From: an uncultured Planctomycetaceae bacterium
GTDB taxonomy: Bacteria; Planctomycetota; MHYJ01; CAZWFP01
Length of the DNA stretch: 64,000 bases
Reading direction: 5' to 3'
NCBI GenBank assembly: GCA_964633175.1
Contig: CAZWFP010000001.1
Span: 942 to 64,941 of the forward strand
Positions 18,923 to 28,354 of the stretch are shown here, piece by piece (the stretch's first letter is position 1; the number at the start of each line of letters is the position of its first letter). Made by a program: the position numbers and the translations under genes. The notes under the pieces are model-generated. The model saw only the letters and a list, made by a program, of their open reading frames with translations. It did no database searches and had not been told where the DNA came from.

Positions 18923-20056
18923 ATGAATATTTGGATTGAATTTGTTTTTTATTGTGGTATTTTGATTTTAGGTGCATTTATTGTTTCATGGGCGACCGAA
19001 AGCGCTCAGGTTTTGATTTCCCAGGGACTTGCATTAACAATATTAGCATGGGTTCAAATGTTGCCTGAGTTCGCGGTTGAATCTGGACTTGCTTATAGTG
19101 CCGCTAAAAATGTAGAGAATGCTAAAATTATTGGGGCGAATTTTACCGGTTCCATCCGCTTCCTTATAGGTTTTGCGATACCTTTGATATTCCTTGTAAG
19201 GATTGTTATTGGCGGACAATTCAAGGAAATTTTGCAATCCTATATTATATTACCACGCTTTTATGGTATTTCCGCTTTAACCAATTTCTTACCTACTTTA
19301 TTATTTACTATTGTATTGTTTAAGCGAACAATTTCTATTTTTGATAGTATGGTATTGATATTACTTTATATTGTATATGTGTGGTATTTGAGGAGGATTC
19401 CACCTGTTAGAGAAGATTTGGAAGAAAAGATGGAATTTGTTCCATATGCTATTAGTCAGATAAAATATATGTTTTTACGACGAATCGTTGTAATGGTTTT
19501 ATTTCTTACAAGTGCTGTGATATTTTATAAGGTGGTTGAGCCATTTGTTGAAAGTTGTAAGAGAATTGCTACTGCCTTTTTAATTAGCGAGTTTATTTTT
19601 ATTCAATGGATTGCTCCTGTTTTGACGGAATTTCCTGAAGGGTTAACTATTTTCTATTGGGCTAAAGATTCGAAAAAAGCGCCAATCGGCCTTTTAAATT
19701 TGTTATCTGCAAATATTGGACAGTGGACCATTTTACCAGCAATGATACCTTTAGTATATTTTCTGGGAGGGGGCAAAACTTCATATGTCAGTTTAAGTAT
19801 TATGCAATTGACCGAAATCGCTCTCACTGCATCTGTGACAGTATTTTTAACCACCATGCTACTCAATAGAAAAATAACCTTTTTAGATGCGAGTATATTG
19901 TTTTCCTTGTGGCTATCGCAATTTTTAATTCCCGTTTTAAGAACACATTTGATATTTGTCTATCTGGCGTTATCTCTGATAAAAATCATTAATTTGATTG
20001 TTCGGAAAAGAACTTCTCAACTGATGGTAGATATTATAATCCTTGCTAAACGTTAG
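18923..20056 (+). CDS. multi-pass membrane protein, possibly a CaCA (cation/Ca2+ exchanger) family member
   Basis: Two alpha-repeat-like segments, 'MLPEFAVESGLA' and 'APVLTEFPEGLTI'. Confidence 0.4.
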   Translation: MNIWIEFVFYCGILILGAFIVSWATESAQVLISQGLALTILAWVQMLPEFAVESGLAYSAAKNVENAKIIGANFTGSIRFLIGFAIPLIFLVRIVIGGQFKEILQSYIILPRFYGISALTNFLPTLLFTIVLFKRTISIFDSMVLILLYIVYVWYLRRIPPVREDLEEKMEFVPYAISQIKYMFLRRIVVMVLFLTSAVIFYKVVEPFVESCKRIATAFLISEFIFIQWIAPVLTEFPEGLTIFYWAKDSKKAPIGLLNLLSANIGQWTILPAMIPLVYFLGGGKTSYVSLSIMQLTEIALTASVTVFLTTMLLNRKITFLDASILFSLWLSQFLIPVLRTHLIFVYLALSLIKIINLIVRKRTSQLMVDIIILAKR

Positions 20057-20253
20057 CGGAATCTCGTGGTTTATCTAAAAAGCAAAACCTTTTTAAAAGT
20101 GTTATGGTTGAAGAGAATAGAGGGAATCTGATAACGTTTTTTCTTTGAATAGAATTAAACAAAAAGGGGGTTTTTTACTTTTTGAGTATTGGGAACTCTT
20201 GAATTGAAGAGTGTAAGTTAAGTGAAATTTGGGGGTGGGCAGGATTGGGTAGA

Positions 20254-20337
20254 TGGTGCTGGAGGTGGGATTTGAACCCACACGCCGAAGGCATACGCCC
20301 CTCAAACGTACGCGTCTGCCAGTTCCGCCACTCCAGC
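20254..20337 (-). tRNA. tRNA-Leu (anticodon GAG)
   Basis: The reverse complement folds as a class II tRNA. 7-bp acceptor GCTGGAG/CTCCAGC, D-arm GCGG…CGCG, anticodon loop TTGAGGG (GAG), a 12-nt variable arm, T-arm GTGGG-TTCAAAT-CCCAC, encoded ACCA end. Confidence 0.85.
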
Positions 20338-20392
20338 ATCAGTTCAACTCTTTTGCTATCTTCGCAATCAATATTATAAAGTGAAAAAAGTT

Positions 20393-22744
20393 TTATTGTT
20401 CGGAATTTCTTGTGGATTTTTCTATGCTTTTGTAAAATTTTTTCAAGTTATTCTTTACTTTTTCTATAATCCTCTTGACATTCTCTTTACCATATACAAT
20501 TTCTAAAACCTCTTTAATACTCTTTACAGCATAGATTTTTATCTTATTTTTCTTTATAAATTCTATGTATTCGTCTAAGAGAATGAGATTTCTTTTATTA
20601 CTATAAGGTATAACAATATCTATATGGGATTTTTTCATCAACTGGCATAATTTTATTGTTCCCTCGACTTTCTCTATTATTCCGCCTACTGCCTGGATAT
20701 TGCCTTTTTGGTCCATTGACCCTGTAACAACTAAGTTTTGCCTTATGGGTTCTTCTGCTATTGCAGATAATAATGCTATGGTCTCTGCTGATGTGGCGCT
20801 ATCGCCTTCTACGCCGGAATATAACTGTTCAAAACAAATTTTAGCATTAACTGATAATGGGAAGTCCTTTGCAAAATTTTCTCTAATAAATGCTTCTAAA
20901 ATTAGAACTGCTTTTGAATGAATTTTCCCGCTCATTCCTACTTCTCTTTCTATATTGGCTATACCGACTTTTCCAGCAGAAACGGATGCGGTAATTCTGG
21001 ATGGATGTCCAAAGGTATGGTCGCCTAAGTTTATCACACTCAATCCATTAATCTGCCCAACTTTCTGTCCTGAAAAATCTATTTTTATGATACCATCTTT
21101 CATTATCCTTTGTATCTCTTCTTCATATAAAGAATGTCTATATACTTTGTTATTATACGCACACATTATGTGTGTGCTATTTATATCATTACTATTCTCT
21201 TGTTTTGCCAGAAAGTTCGCTTCTATTAATATTTCGTAAAAATTCTTGAAAAGTAATGATAAATAATTTTTGTCTTGAGAAAATCTGTGACTTAAAAAAA
21301 TTATTTTTTCCATACCGCTTCTATCAATATTACTCAGGTTTTCTCTGTTTGTTATATGCGATATGGCTGACATAAAATCTGTAACGGTATTGGAAGATAC
21401 TTCTACTTTATCATTGAAATGTGACTTTATCCTGAATATTTCCTGAAATTCAGTATCCATCTTATACAGGATGTTATAATGTATTTCGTCACCTATGAGT
21501 ATAATCTTTAAATCTATATCTATTGGTTCTGGTTTTAGGGCAAAAGATGGGTAGTAATAATATGGAGGGGGGGTTATCTCTATCTTTTGATATTTTAGAA
21601 CCTTTTTTAAATGTTGGTAGACATAAGGATATTCAAATAGGTCGTAGGTATTTATGACGAGGAATCCCCTATCTGCTTTTAAAAGCGAACCGCATTTTAT
21701 CTTTGTAAAGTCAGTTCTGACGCCTCCAGAGGGGGTAAAATCAAATTCAATCGTTCCGAATAGATTTGTCCACCCGGGGTTTTCCTCTACGTATATAGGA
21801 CATTCTTCTCTTGAAGAACTATCCAGTATTATATTGACCTTATATTCCAATGGTATATCTTCTTCATTTTCTTTAGGCATCAGGAATTTTTTTAAATTCT
21901 TAATAAGATATTCTTTTAGCATATCAAGGTATATATGCACCTTACTTATAGAAAATTTCTTTTTTAATTCGTTAGAAAAACTATCAATGATACCGTTTGC
22001 AAATGTTTGTTCTAACTGGACTAATTCATTGTCTACGTTTTTACCAAGTTCTCTGAGAGAGATAATTAATTTGTTTAATTGTGGCTCAAATTGTGTGGCT
22101 GTTTCTTTTATCTTTTCTAACTGCTCTTTTGCAATTTTTCCTTCTATAGCATATTTTTCTAATTTTTCAAATGTAACAGGTTTATTATCAAAAACGGGTA
22201 GGATTTTAGGCGTTATAATGTCTCCAACCTTTGCCATAAGTAGGGTAAATCCATTTTTTTCAAGTTCCTTCTGAAGCGGTTCTATAATTTTTTTTTCATT
22301 TTCCTGTGCCTTTTTTAAAACTTCCTGGTAGTGGGAACTGAAAACATCTGATTCAAAAACTTTGGGCAATTCTTTTCTGAGTTCTTTTATAAAGTTATAT
22401 AAATATTCTCTAAATTCTACTGCTTTTCCCTTGGGGAATATTATGAGTAAGGGCATATCAGGATGGCGGAAGTTATATACATAAGTATAATCCCATAGAG
22501 TAGGACATACTTTGGGCTTCATCTCTTCTAAAAATTTCTTTATTGCGTATGTCTTTCCAGAACCAGGTAATCCCACAACAAACATATGATATCCGCTCTT
22601 CCTTATAGCAAATCCTGTTTTTATGGCATCTATTGCCCTTTTTTGTCCAACTATGTCTGATTTCGGTTTGTAATCCTGTATGCTCTTTGCTTTTATATAT
22701 TTTATGCTTTTAAAAGTTGTAAGTTCAGTTAGTGGGATTTCCAT
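20393..22744 (-). CDS. Lon-related ATP-dependent protease (LonB/LonC-like; AAA+ N-terminus with S16 Ser-Lys protease C-terminus, no LonA N-domain)
   Basis: Walker A 'GLPGSGKTY' near residue 60. C-terminal 'EGDSATSAE' (catalytic Ser context) and 'GGIIEKVEG' (catalytic Lys context). Confidence 0.75.
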   Translation of the reverse strand: MEIPLTELTTFKSIKYIKAKSIQDYKPKSDIVGQKRAIDAIKTGFAIRKSGYHMFVVGLPGSGKTYAIKKFLEEMKPKVCPTLWDYTYVYNFRHPDMPLLIIFPKGKAVEFREYLYNFIKELRKELPKVFESDVFSSHYQEVLKKAQENEKKIIEPLQKELEKNGFTLLMAKVGDIITPKILPVFDNKPVTFEKLEKYAIEGKIAKEQLEKIKETATQFEPQLNKLIISLRELGKNVDNELVQLEQTFANGIIDSFSNELKKKFSISKVHIYLDMLKEYLIKNLKKFLMPKENEEDIPLEYKVNIILDSSSREECPIYVEENPGWTNLFGTIEFDFTPSGGVRTDFTKIKCGSLLKADRGFLVINTYDLFEYPYVYQHLKKVLKYQKIEITPPPYYYYPSFALKPEPIDIDLKIILIGDEIHYNILYKMDTEFQEIFRIKSHFNDKVEVSSNTVTDFMSAISHITNRENLSNIDRSGMEKIIFLSHRFSQDKNYLSLLFKNFYEILIEANFLAKQENSNDINSTHIMCAYNNKVYRHSLYEEEIQRIMKDGIIKIDFSGQKVGQINGLSVINLGDHTFGHPSRITASVSAGKVGIANIEREVGMSGKIHSKAVLILEAFIRENFAKDFPLSVNAKICFEQLYSGVEGDSATSAETIALLSAIAEEPIRQNLVVTGSMDQKGNIQAVGGIIEKVEGTIKLCQLMKKSHIDIVIPYSNKRNLILLDEYIEFIKKNKIKIYAVKSIKEVLEIVYGKENVKRIIEKVKNNLKKFYKSIEKSTRNSEQ

Positions 22745-23606
22745 TCCGATTTTTAGATTTTTCTAAGAATATATATGCACAACCTTTAGCTAAGTTTCTT
22801 ATTCTGTTTATATACTCATTTCTTTCTTCAAAACTAAATGCTCTTTTTGCATCTAATAGGTTAAACGTATGTGAACATTTTATGACGAAATCGTATGCAG
22901 GGAAACACAATGATGATTCTAATAGTTTTTTACATGTTTCTTCGTATGTTTGAAAGTAACTTTTTAACTGATTTACATCAGTATCTTGATAATTGTATTG
23001 GTTGAATTGCTTTTCAAAATCAAACCTTAGGTCTTTATAAGTAAGTTCTTCTGTGTTTTTTTTATCCCAGAGTATCTCAAAAATATTGTTTTTCTTTTGT
23101 AGTATCATGCATATTCTTTCTAATCCATAAGTTATTTCTAAAACAGGTTTGGTTAGTTCTATTCCTGCCATTTTTTGAAAATATGTAAATTGAGTTATTT
23201 CAAGAAAATTGCACCACACTTCCCATCCCAGTCCGCTTGCCCCCAGAGTAGGCGATTCCCAGTCGTCTTCAACGAATCTTATGTCATTTTTATCTAAATC
23301 TAATCCAATGTATTCCAAACTTTTTATGTAGAGTGAAATAGAGTTTTTAGGAACTGGTTTTATGATGACCTGATACTGAAAGTAGTTTTGAATGCGATTA
23401 GGGTTTTGAGCATATCTGCCATCTGCGGGGCGTCTGCATGGTTCTATAAATGCATAAAAGTGGTTTTTATCATCTAAACTTGTGAAAAAAGTTAAGGGAT
23501 TAAAAGTTGCCGCTCCTTTTTCTATATCGTAAGGATACCATAAATATGCACCTTCTTTTCTCCAATATTCGCTTAGTTTGCTTACTACATCTGTAAAAGT
23601 AGTCAT
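22725..23606 (-). CDS. glyQ: glycine--tRNA ligase alpha subunit
   Basis: 'TLGASGLGWEVWCNFLEITQFTYFQ...ITYGLERI' GlyQ core. Start placed at 23606 ('MTTFTDVV…', SD AAAGGAA). This ATG overlaps the upstream gene's TAA (TAATG). Confidence 0.85.
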   Translation of the reverse strand: MTTFTDVVSKLSEYWRKEGAYLWYPYDIEKGAATFNPLTFFTSLDDKNHFYAFIEPCRRPADGRYAQNPNRIQNYFQYQVIIKPVPKNSISLYIKSLEYIGLDLDKNDIRFVEDDWESPTLGASGLGWEVWCNFLEITQFTYFQKMAGIELTKPVLEITYGLERICMILQKKNNIFEILWDKKNTEELTYKDLRFDFEKQFNQYNYQDTDVNQLKSYFQTYEETCKKLLESSLCFPAYDFVIKCSHTFNLLDAKRAFSFEERNEYINRIRNLAKGCAYIFLEKSKNRNGNPTN

Positions 23607-24229
23607 TATTCCTTTGTTGAACAACTCCATTTAATGTTATCTTTTTCATCTTTTTCTTCAACACACCATTTATTTTCTTTTGCTCGTTCTATCGTTTTCT
23701 TTATGAATGTTTCCTTAACCTGTTTTATTGCTTCTTCCGTATCTTGTCCGTTCTCCTTTGCAAATTCCTTATAGAATTTTTCTCTCAAACTATTTTGTTC
23801 TGAAATTAAAGCTATTAGTTTCTCCAACTCCTTCTCATCCTCTAATTTTTTGCTATTAACTATTTTTATTTCTCCGTCCAGCCCTTCACCTATTGCTTGT
23901 TTATCATAATATTTTTTTAATGAGGTATGTATTTCTTTTATTCTTTTTTTAATTTTTTGTAATTCAGTTTCTTCTTGTGATACTTCTTGTGCTGATATGT
24001 GGGTATTAAGAGTCAATATATTTAATATACATTGTATTTTATATTCAACATTTTGTGTTTTAGAGAATAGTTTTAACGTAGGAGTTTTTTTATCTTGTTT
24101 TGTATACCCTATGTCATCTAAAAAACTATCCATTGCCTTTTCTAATTTTTCAGGGTCAAAATTAAGATTTATATTGATTGAGCATCCTACATTTATTACG
24201 ATAATTAATATAGCGCTAATTTTTAACAT
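23606..24229 (-). CDS. hypothetical lipoprotein (coiled-coil rich)
   Basis: Signal 'MLKISAILIIVINVGCS' with a lipobox Cys. K/E-rich. Confidence 0.5.
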   Translation of the reverse strand: MLKISAILIIVINVGCSININLNFDPEKLEKAMDSFLDDIGYTKQDKKTPTLKLFSKTQNVEYKIQCILNILTLNTHISAQEVSQEETELQKIKKRIKEIHTSLKKYYDKQAIGEGLDGEIKIVNSKKLEDEKELEKLIALISEQNSLREKFYKEFAKENGQDTEEAIKQVKETFIKKTIERAKENKWCVEEKDEKDNIKWSCSTKE

Positions 24230-24330
24230 TAGTTGTTTATTTTAAAATGAATTTTGAAAATCTATAAAGTTATCTATCTATTTCAGAAACTACTAGACTT
24301 TCAAATTCCATTTATTCAGTATTTAACATT

Positions 24331-24390
24331 TATTATTTTATTTCGAGTTAACAATTTGGATTTTTCATTAAACCTTTGAATTTCGACATC
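24331..24390 (+). repeat. same intergenic element (copy 2)
   Basis: 'TATTATTTTATTTCGAGTTAACAATTTGGATTTTTCATTAAACCTTTGAATTTCGACATC'. Confidence 0.5.
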
Positions 24391-24443
24391 TACTTTTGAT
24401 AACGCAAGATGCCTGCTACCGCCTTTTGTAGTAATTTCTGTCT

Positions 24444-25217
24444 TTATTTTGTTTCTTCTTTTCCTAATGCTTTTTGGAATTCTTTATATAAAACACCTAC
24501 ATCCTGTGGTATTTCATCAGGTTCTGTTTCTTCTACTGATTCTCTTTCTCTTTCGGGCATATTGCCCCACCCCTGTGCTTTATTCCCGTCGGTTGGTGAT
24601 TTGGTTTCTGCCGTTGGTGGTTCACTTGGCGGCACCTCGTAAGCGCTTAGGGCAGGTTGATTTGCTGTGGGTTTACTCCTTTGCTTTTTCTTCTGTTCTT
24701 TAGCCCTTTGTTTTTTCAATTGCTTGAGTAATTTCTGTAATTCTTGCTCTGACATTTGAAATTGTTGGTCTTGCTTTTTCTGATTTTGGGATGATCTGGA
24801 GCTGATTCGGAAGGCAGTGTTTTTTATTATCTTTTCTAACACATCTATTATCTCTTGTTGCTTTTTTGCGGTGGGGTGTATGTTTAACTTCACTTTGGAT
24901 ACAATATCGCTTAGTTTTTCTTCGGCTTTTTTCAATATTGCAATAATTTCGTTTCCTTTCTTTCCGGTGCTTAGCTCCGTAAAGTTCTTATAAACCTCTC
25001 TCATAAGTTTCTCTGCTTTATTCATTTCCTTTAATACATCTATATCTTCTTCTTCTTTTTCTTGCTTTCTTACCTTCTGCTCTATTTTTTTTATTTCTTT
25101 TTCTATTGCTTGTAGGTCTTTGTCGAAATCAAATTCATCGTCGGGAGTGTTAGCCCATATATTAAATATTGCTATTGCCGATATTATCAGTGCACTTTTT
25201 CTTATTATTTTCCTCAT
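24444..25217 (-). CDS. secreted K/E-rich coiled-coil protein, hypothetical
   Basis: Perfect SD AAGGAGGG 5 nt upstream. Signal peptide. Charged heptad-like repeats. Pro/Thr-rich C-terminus. Confidence 0.55.
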   Translation of the reverse strand: MRKIIRKSALIISAIAIFNIWANTPDDEFDFDKDLQAIEKEIKKIEQKVRKQEKEEEDIDVLKEMNKAEKLMREVYKNFTELSTGKKGNEIIAILKKAEEKLSDIVSKVKLNIHPTAKKQQEIIDVLEKIIKNTAFRISSRSSQNQKKQDQQFQMSEQELQKLLKQLKKQRAKEQKKKQRSKPTANQPALSAYEVPPSEPPTAETKSPTDGNKAQGWGNMPERERESVEETEPDEIPQDVGVLYKEFQKALGKEETK

Positions 25218-25258
25218 TTTTACCCTCCTTATTTTATCATACTTTTTTTAAATTGCTA

Positions 25259-28258
25259 TTAGTGCTGCAATCTTGCTTTTACTTTTTCTGTTAAATCTGT
25301 GACCTGTTCCTGGTCATACATTAGTTTTTGCAATCTTTGTTTGAATTCTTTTTGCCATATTTCTAATCTTTGTTTTGGTTCATTTGCGTTATTGAACATT
25401 TTTTCAGCTTCTGTTAATAATTTTTCTGTTTTAAGTTTTACATTGACCTCCATTGCTTTTATGAGTTTAATTTCTGCGAGGGGTGGTATTTTTGTAGCGC
25501 CACCGCCACCGCCGCCGCCACCGCCGCCACCACCTGAAGCCAATTTAACCTTTCTTACTTCAAATTTTAATGCATTTAGTAATGTTTCTAAATTTTTCAA
25601 TATATCTTCTTCTATGGATTGGGTATATGAACCTACATCGCTTTTTTCTAATTGTTTGAGAGCCGACTGCATATCGGCAATGACGAATTCCATAATGCGG
25701 ACAAAAACTACTGCGCCTTGCTCTGTAAACCCCCGAACTAACAATTGCGCGGTGGGTATTACTTTTTTCTGTTCTTCTGCAAGGTCTTTTATTTCTTTTA
25801 ATAATTGTCTTGGATTTTCACCGCCACTTATTTTTCTTCTGTGACAATCTATTGTTTTTTCGTATATCTTTTTCTCGGTTTCGTATACCTCTGTTATAGT
25901 AACTTCCATCTGCTCCATTTGGTTTATGGCATCCTCAGTTTCATATTGAAGTTTACTGTTTGTCAATTTTTGCAGGGCTTTTTTTAATAGTTTGAAAGCC
26001 ATATCTTGTCTTTTCTTTGCTTCCGACTGATTGCCTTGTCGCATTGCTTGAAATGCATTCTTCATCTGCTTTGCTGCTTCTTCGAGTTCCTTTTTAATTT
26101 TGCTTTCTTTATTTTTTTTCTCCTTACTGGCAAATTGTTTTGTCATTTGAGCCAATTTTTTTTGTTCTTCTGCTAACTTTTCTAAATTCTTTTTTTCCTC
26201 TTCTGACAGTTTTTTTTCTCCTTCTGCGATTTCTTTCTGAAGTTTTTCCAGAGCTTTTTGCATTTTATCTATAGCTTTTTGTTGTTCAGAAGACGCATTT
26301 TTATTACTGTTTTGCCTTAGGTTTTCTGAAGCATTTTTCATATGAGGTGATGCCTCTTTGGCATTAGCGGATGATTCTTTTACTCCCTTGTTTTGTGAAC
26401 TCTCAAAATTTTTCATTGCATCATTAAATTCTTTATTCAGTTTATCTTGTGTGTTTGCTAATTCTTGTTGTTTTGATGCTTTAGCTAACATCTTTTGTAG
26501 ATTTTTCAAACTTTCTTCTGTCTTTTTTAATTCTTTTTTTATGTCTTTATTTTTTAATACCGCTTGTTCATTTTTACCCATATTAGTATTTTCTGCCTGT
26601 TTTTTTATACCTTTTCTTGCCTCATCAAAGTTTTCTTTTGCTTCGTCGGCTATATCTTTTATATTTTCATCCTGCTGATGTTCTTTTACTGCTTCATCCA
26701 CTCCTTTGTCTATTTTGTCCTTTAGGTTTTCTGCTTCTTTCATAAGTTTATCCATTTCTTTAGCAAGTTCATCATTTTTCTTGTCACCTTGTTTGTTGTT
26801 TAAGGAGTTTTTAATTTGGGATATTGCATTTTGAACTCTGTTTAAAGCAGTTTCATGGTCTATTTGGGCTTCATCCATTTTTTTCATATCTTCTATTTCT
26901 TTTTTGGCTGATTCCAAATCCTTTGGAACATTTTTTAAATCATCAAGAGATTTTTCTAACTCTTTTTCTGGCTTATTGTTTTTTATATAGTTGGGGACAT
27001 TTTTTGATAGTTCTTCCGCTTCTTTTTTTTGCTCTTCGATTTTCGTGGCTAGTTCTTTTGAGGATTTTTGCTTTATTTCATTAGGCAGACCTTTTAATAA
27101 TTTCTTGGATATTTCAAGATAATCCTTTGCTTTTTGAAATTCTTGCGCTGTTTCGCTGCTTAAATTTTCTTGTGCAAGTTGAGAGGCAAATTCAAACGAC
27201 TTTTGCGCCTTGAAAACGGTTTCCATTAACTTGTTGAATCTGTTGGTTTTAAAAGAATATTTAAAAAATTTTTCCTGGAAATTAGCGACTTGCTTAGCAA
27301 ATTTTTGCAGTTGTTGTGATACATTTTCATTGTCTGGTATGTTAGCGTCTTTTTTGAAATCATCCAGTTTCTTCTGTATGTTGTTGGCTTCGCTTAATAA
27401 ATCATTAATTTCTTTCTCTAAGTTGTCGTTCTGATTGTTTGAATTTAATTTATTTTCTAAATCCTTGATATCTTTCATATACTTTTGTGTTTTATTCATC
27501 TTTCTTTCCAATTCGCTAAGTTTGTTTAACATAGAGACAAGGTCTTGAGAATCCTGGGGCATTTCTTTGACAAGTTTGTCAGTCAGTTTGGAATGCTTAT
27601 CTGATAATTTTTTAACCTCCTTTAGCAATTCAAATATTTTTTTGCTATCTTTTTTGGTTTCTGTATTTTTGTCTGTAATTCTTTTTAGGGATTTTTGTTT
27701 ATTGATAAATTTTTCTAATGATTCTTTGAATTCCTCCATTTCTTTTAGATTTTTATTAATGCTTTTTGTATCTTTTATTAGTTTTTCTTGCTTTTCTAGG
27801 AGGTCTTTTAGTCGCGCAGATTTTTGCTGCATATCTTCTAATCGTTTTTTAAGGTCTTCCTGTCTCATTTTGTTTTCTAAAATCTCAAGTATTTTATCCA
27901 GTTTTTCTATGAGGTAATTTGTAGATTCAATGGCTGAGGAAAATTTTATATTTTCACTCTTAAACGCAGATATTATTTGTTCGAAAAGTAATGTTATCCC
28001 TTCGTTTTTTATGAATGACTTGGCGTTTTCTATTCTTCTTGCGTATTCTACATTTTGCGTTTTCAATCTTTGGGCAACCTTATCAAGTTTTTCTATGAAT
28101 TTTTCAAATTGCTCTTTAAGTTGCATCTGTTTTTCCACTATGACTTTTTTAATTAACGAAGAATCTGTTTTCCCCTCTGGGCTTTCTTGCGTAGGAATTT
28201 TCTCTATTACCAATAATAATATTACTGTTACTATCAAAAATAAAACATTCTTCTTCAT
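25259..28258 (-). CDS. giant (999 aa) secreted coiled-coil protein with internal (Gly)12 tract, hypothetical
   Basis: SD AAGGAGGG. Signal 'MKKNVLFLIVTVILLLV'. More than 800 aa of K/E/Q/L-rich predicted coiled coil. 'GGGGGGGGGGGG' tract. No P-loop, so not an SMC. Confidence 0.6.
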   Translation of the reverse strand: MKKNVLFLIVTVILLLVIEKIPTQESPEGKTDSSLIKKVIVEKQMQLKEQFEKFIEKLDKVAQRLKTQNVEYARRIENAKSFIKNEGITLLFEQIISAFKSENIKFSSAIESTNYLIEKLDKILEILENKMRQEDLKKRLEDMQQKSARLKDLLEKQEKLIKDTKSINKNLKEMEEFKESLEKFINKQKSLKRITDKNTETKKDSKKIFELLKEVKKLSDKHSKLTDKLVKEMPQDSQDLVSMLNKLSELERKMNKTQKYMKDIKDLENKLNSNNQNDNLEKEINDLLSEANNIQKKLDDFKKDANIPDNENVSQQLQKFAKQVANFQEKFFKYSFKTNRFNKLMETVFKAQKSFEFASQLAQENLSSETAQEFQKAKDYLEISKKLLKGLPNEIKQKSSKELATKIEEQKKEAEELSKNVPNYIKNNKPEKELEKSLDDLKNVPKDLESAKKEIEDMKKMDEAQIDHETALNRVQNAISQIKNSLNNKQGDKKNDELAKEMDKLMKEAENLKDKIDKGVDEAVKEHQQDENIKDIADEAKENFDEARKGIKKQAENTNMGKNEQAVLKNKDIKKELKKTEESLKNLQKMLAKASKQQELANTQDKLNKEFNDAMKNFESSQNKGVKESSANAKEASPHMKNASENLRQNSNKNASSEQQKAIDKMQKALEKLQKEIAEGEKKLSEEEKKNLEKLAEEQKKLAQMTKQFASKEKKNKESKIKKELEEAAKQMKNAFQAMRQGNQSEAKKRQDMAFKLLKKALQKLTNSKLQYETEDAINQMEQMEVTITEVYETEKKIYEKTIDCHRRKISGGENPRQLLKEIKDLAEEQKKVIPTAQLLVRGFTEQGAVVFVRIMEFVIADMQSALKQLEKSDVGSYTQSIEEDILKNLETLLNALKFEVRKVKLASGGGGGGGGGGGGATKIPPLAEIKLIKAMEVNVKLKTEKLLTEAEKMFNNANEPKQRLEIWQKEFKQRLQKLMYDQEQVTDLTEKVKARLQH
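25499..25534 (-). repeat. (GGN)12 triplet repeat encoding poly-Gly inside the 999-aa gene
   Basis: gccaccgccaccgccgccgccaccgccgccaccacc on the plus strand, i.e. 12 consecutive Gly codons on the minus strand. Confidence 0.9.
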
Positions 28259-28354
28259 TCTTCCCTCCTTAAAAAATTATTTATCTTCACTCTTTCCCTT
28301 CCCTTTCTATTTTCTTATACGCAAAAACAGATGCAATTATTTGAATTGCTATGT

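Noticed and set aside
20393-22744. BREX BrxL / defence-island interpretation of the Lon-like protease
   Set aside because: No pglX/pglZ/brxC-like genes, no methyltransferase or nuclease neighbours. The flanking genes are glyQ and a tRNA. More consistent with a housekeeping LonB/LonC-type protease.
25299-25844. 181-aa plus-strand ORF containing a poly-Pro run
   Set aside because: It is the antisense reading of the (GGN)12 Gly tract within the 999-aa gene. Artefact.
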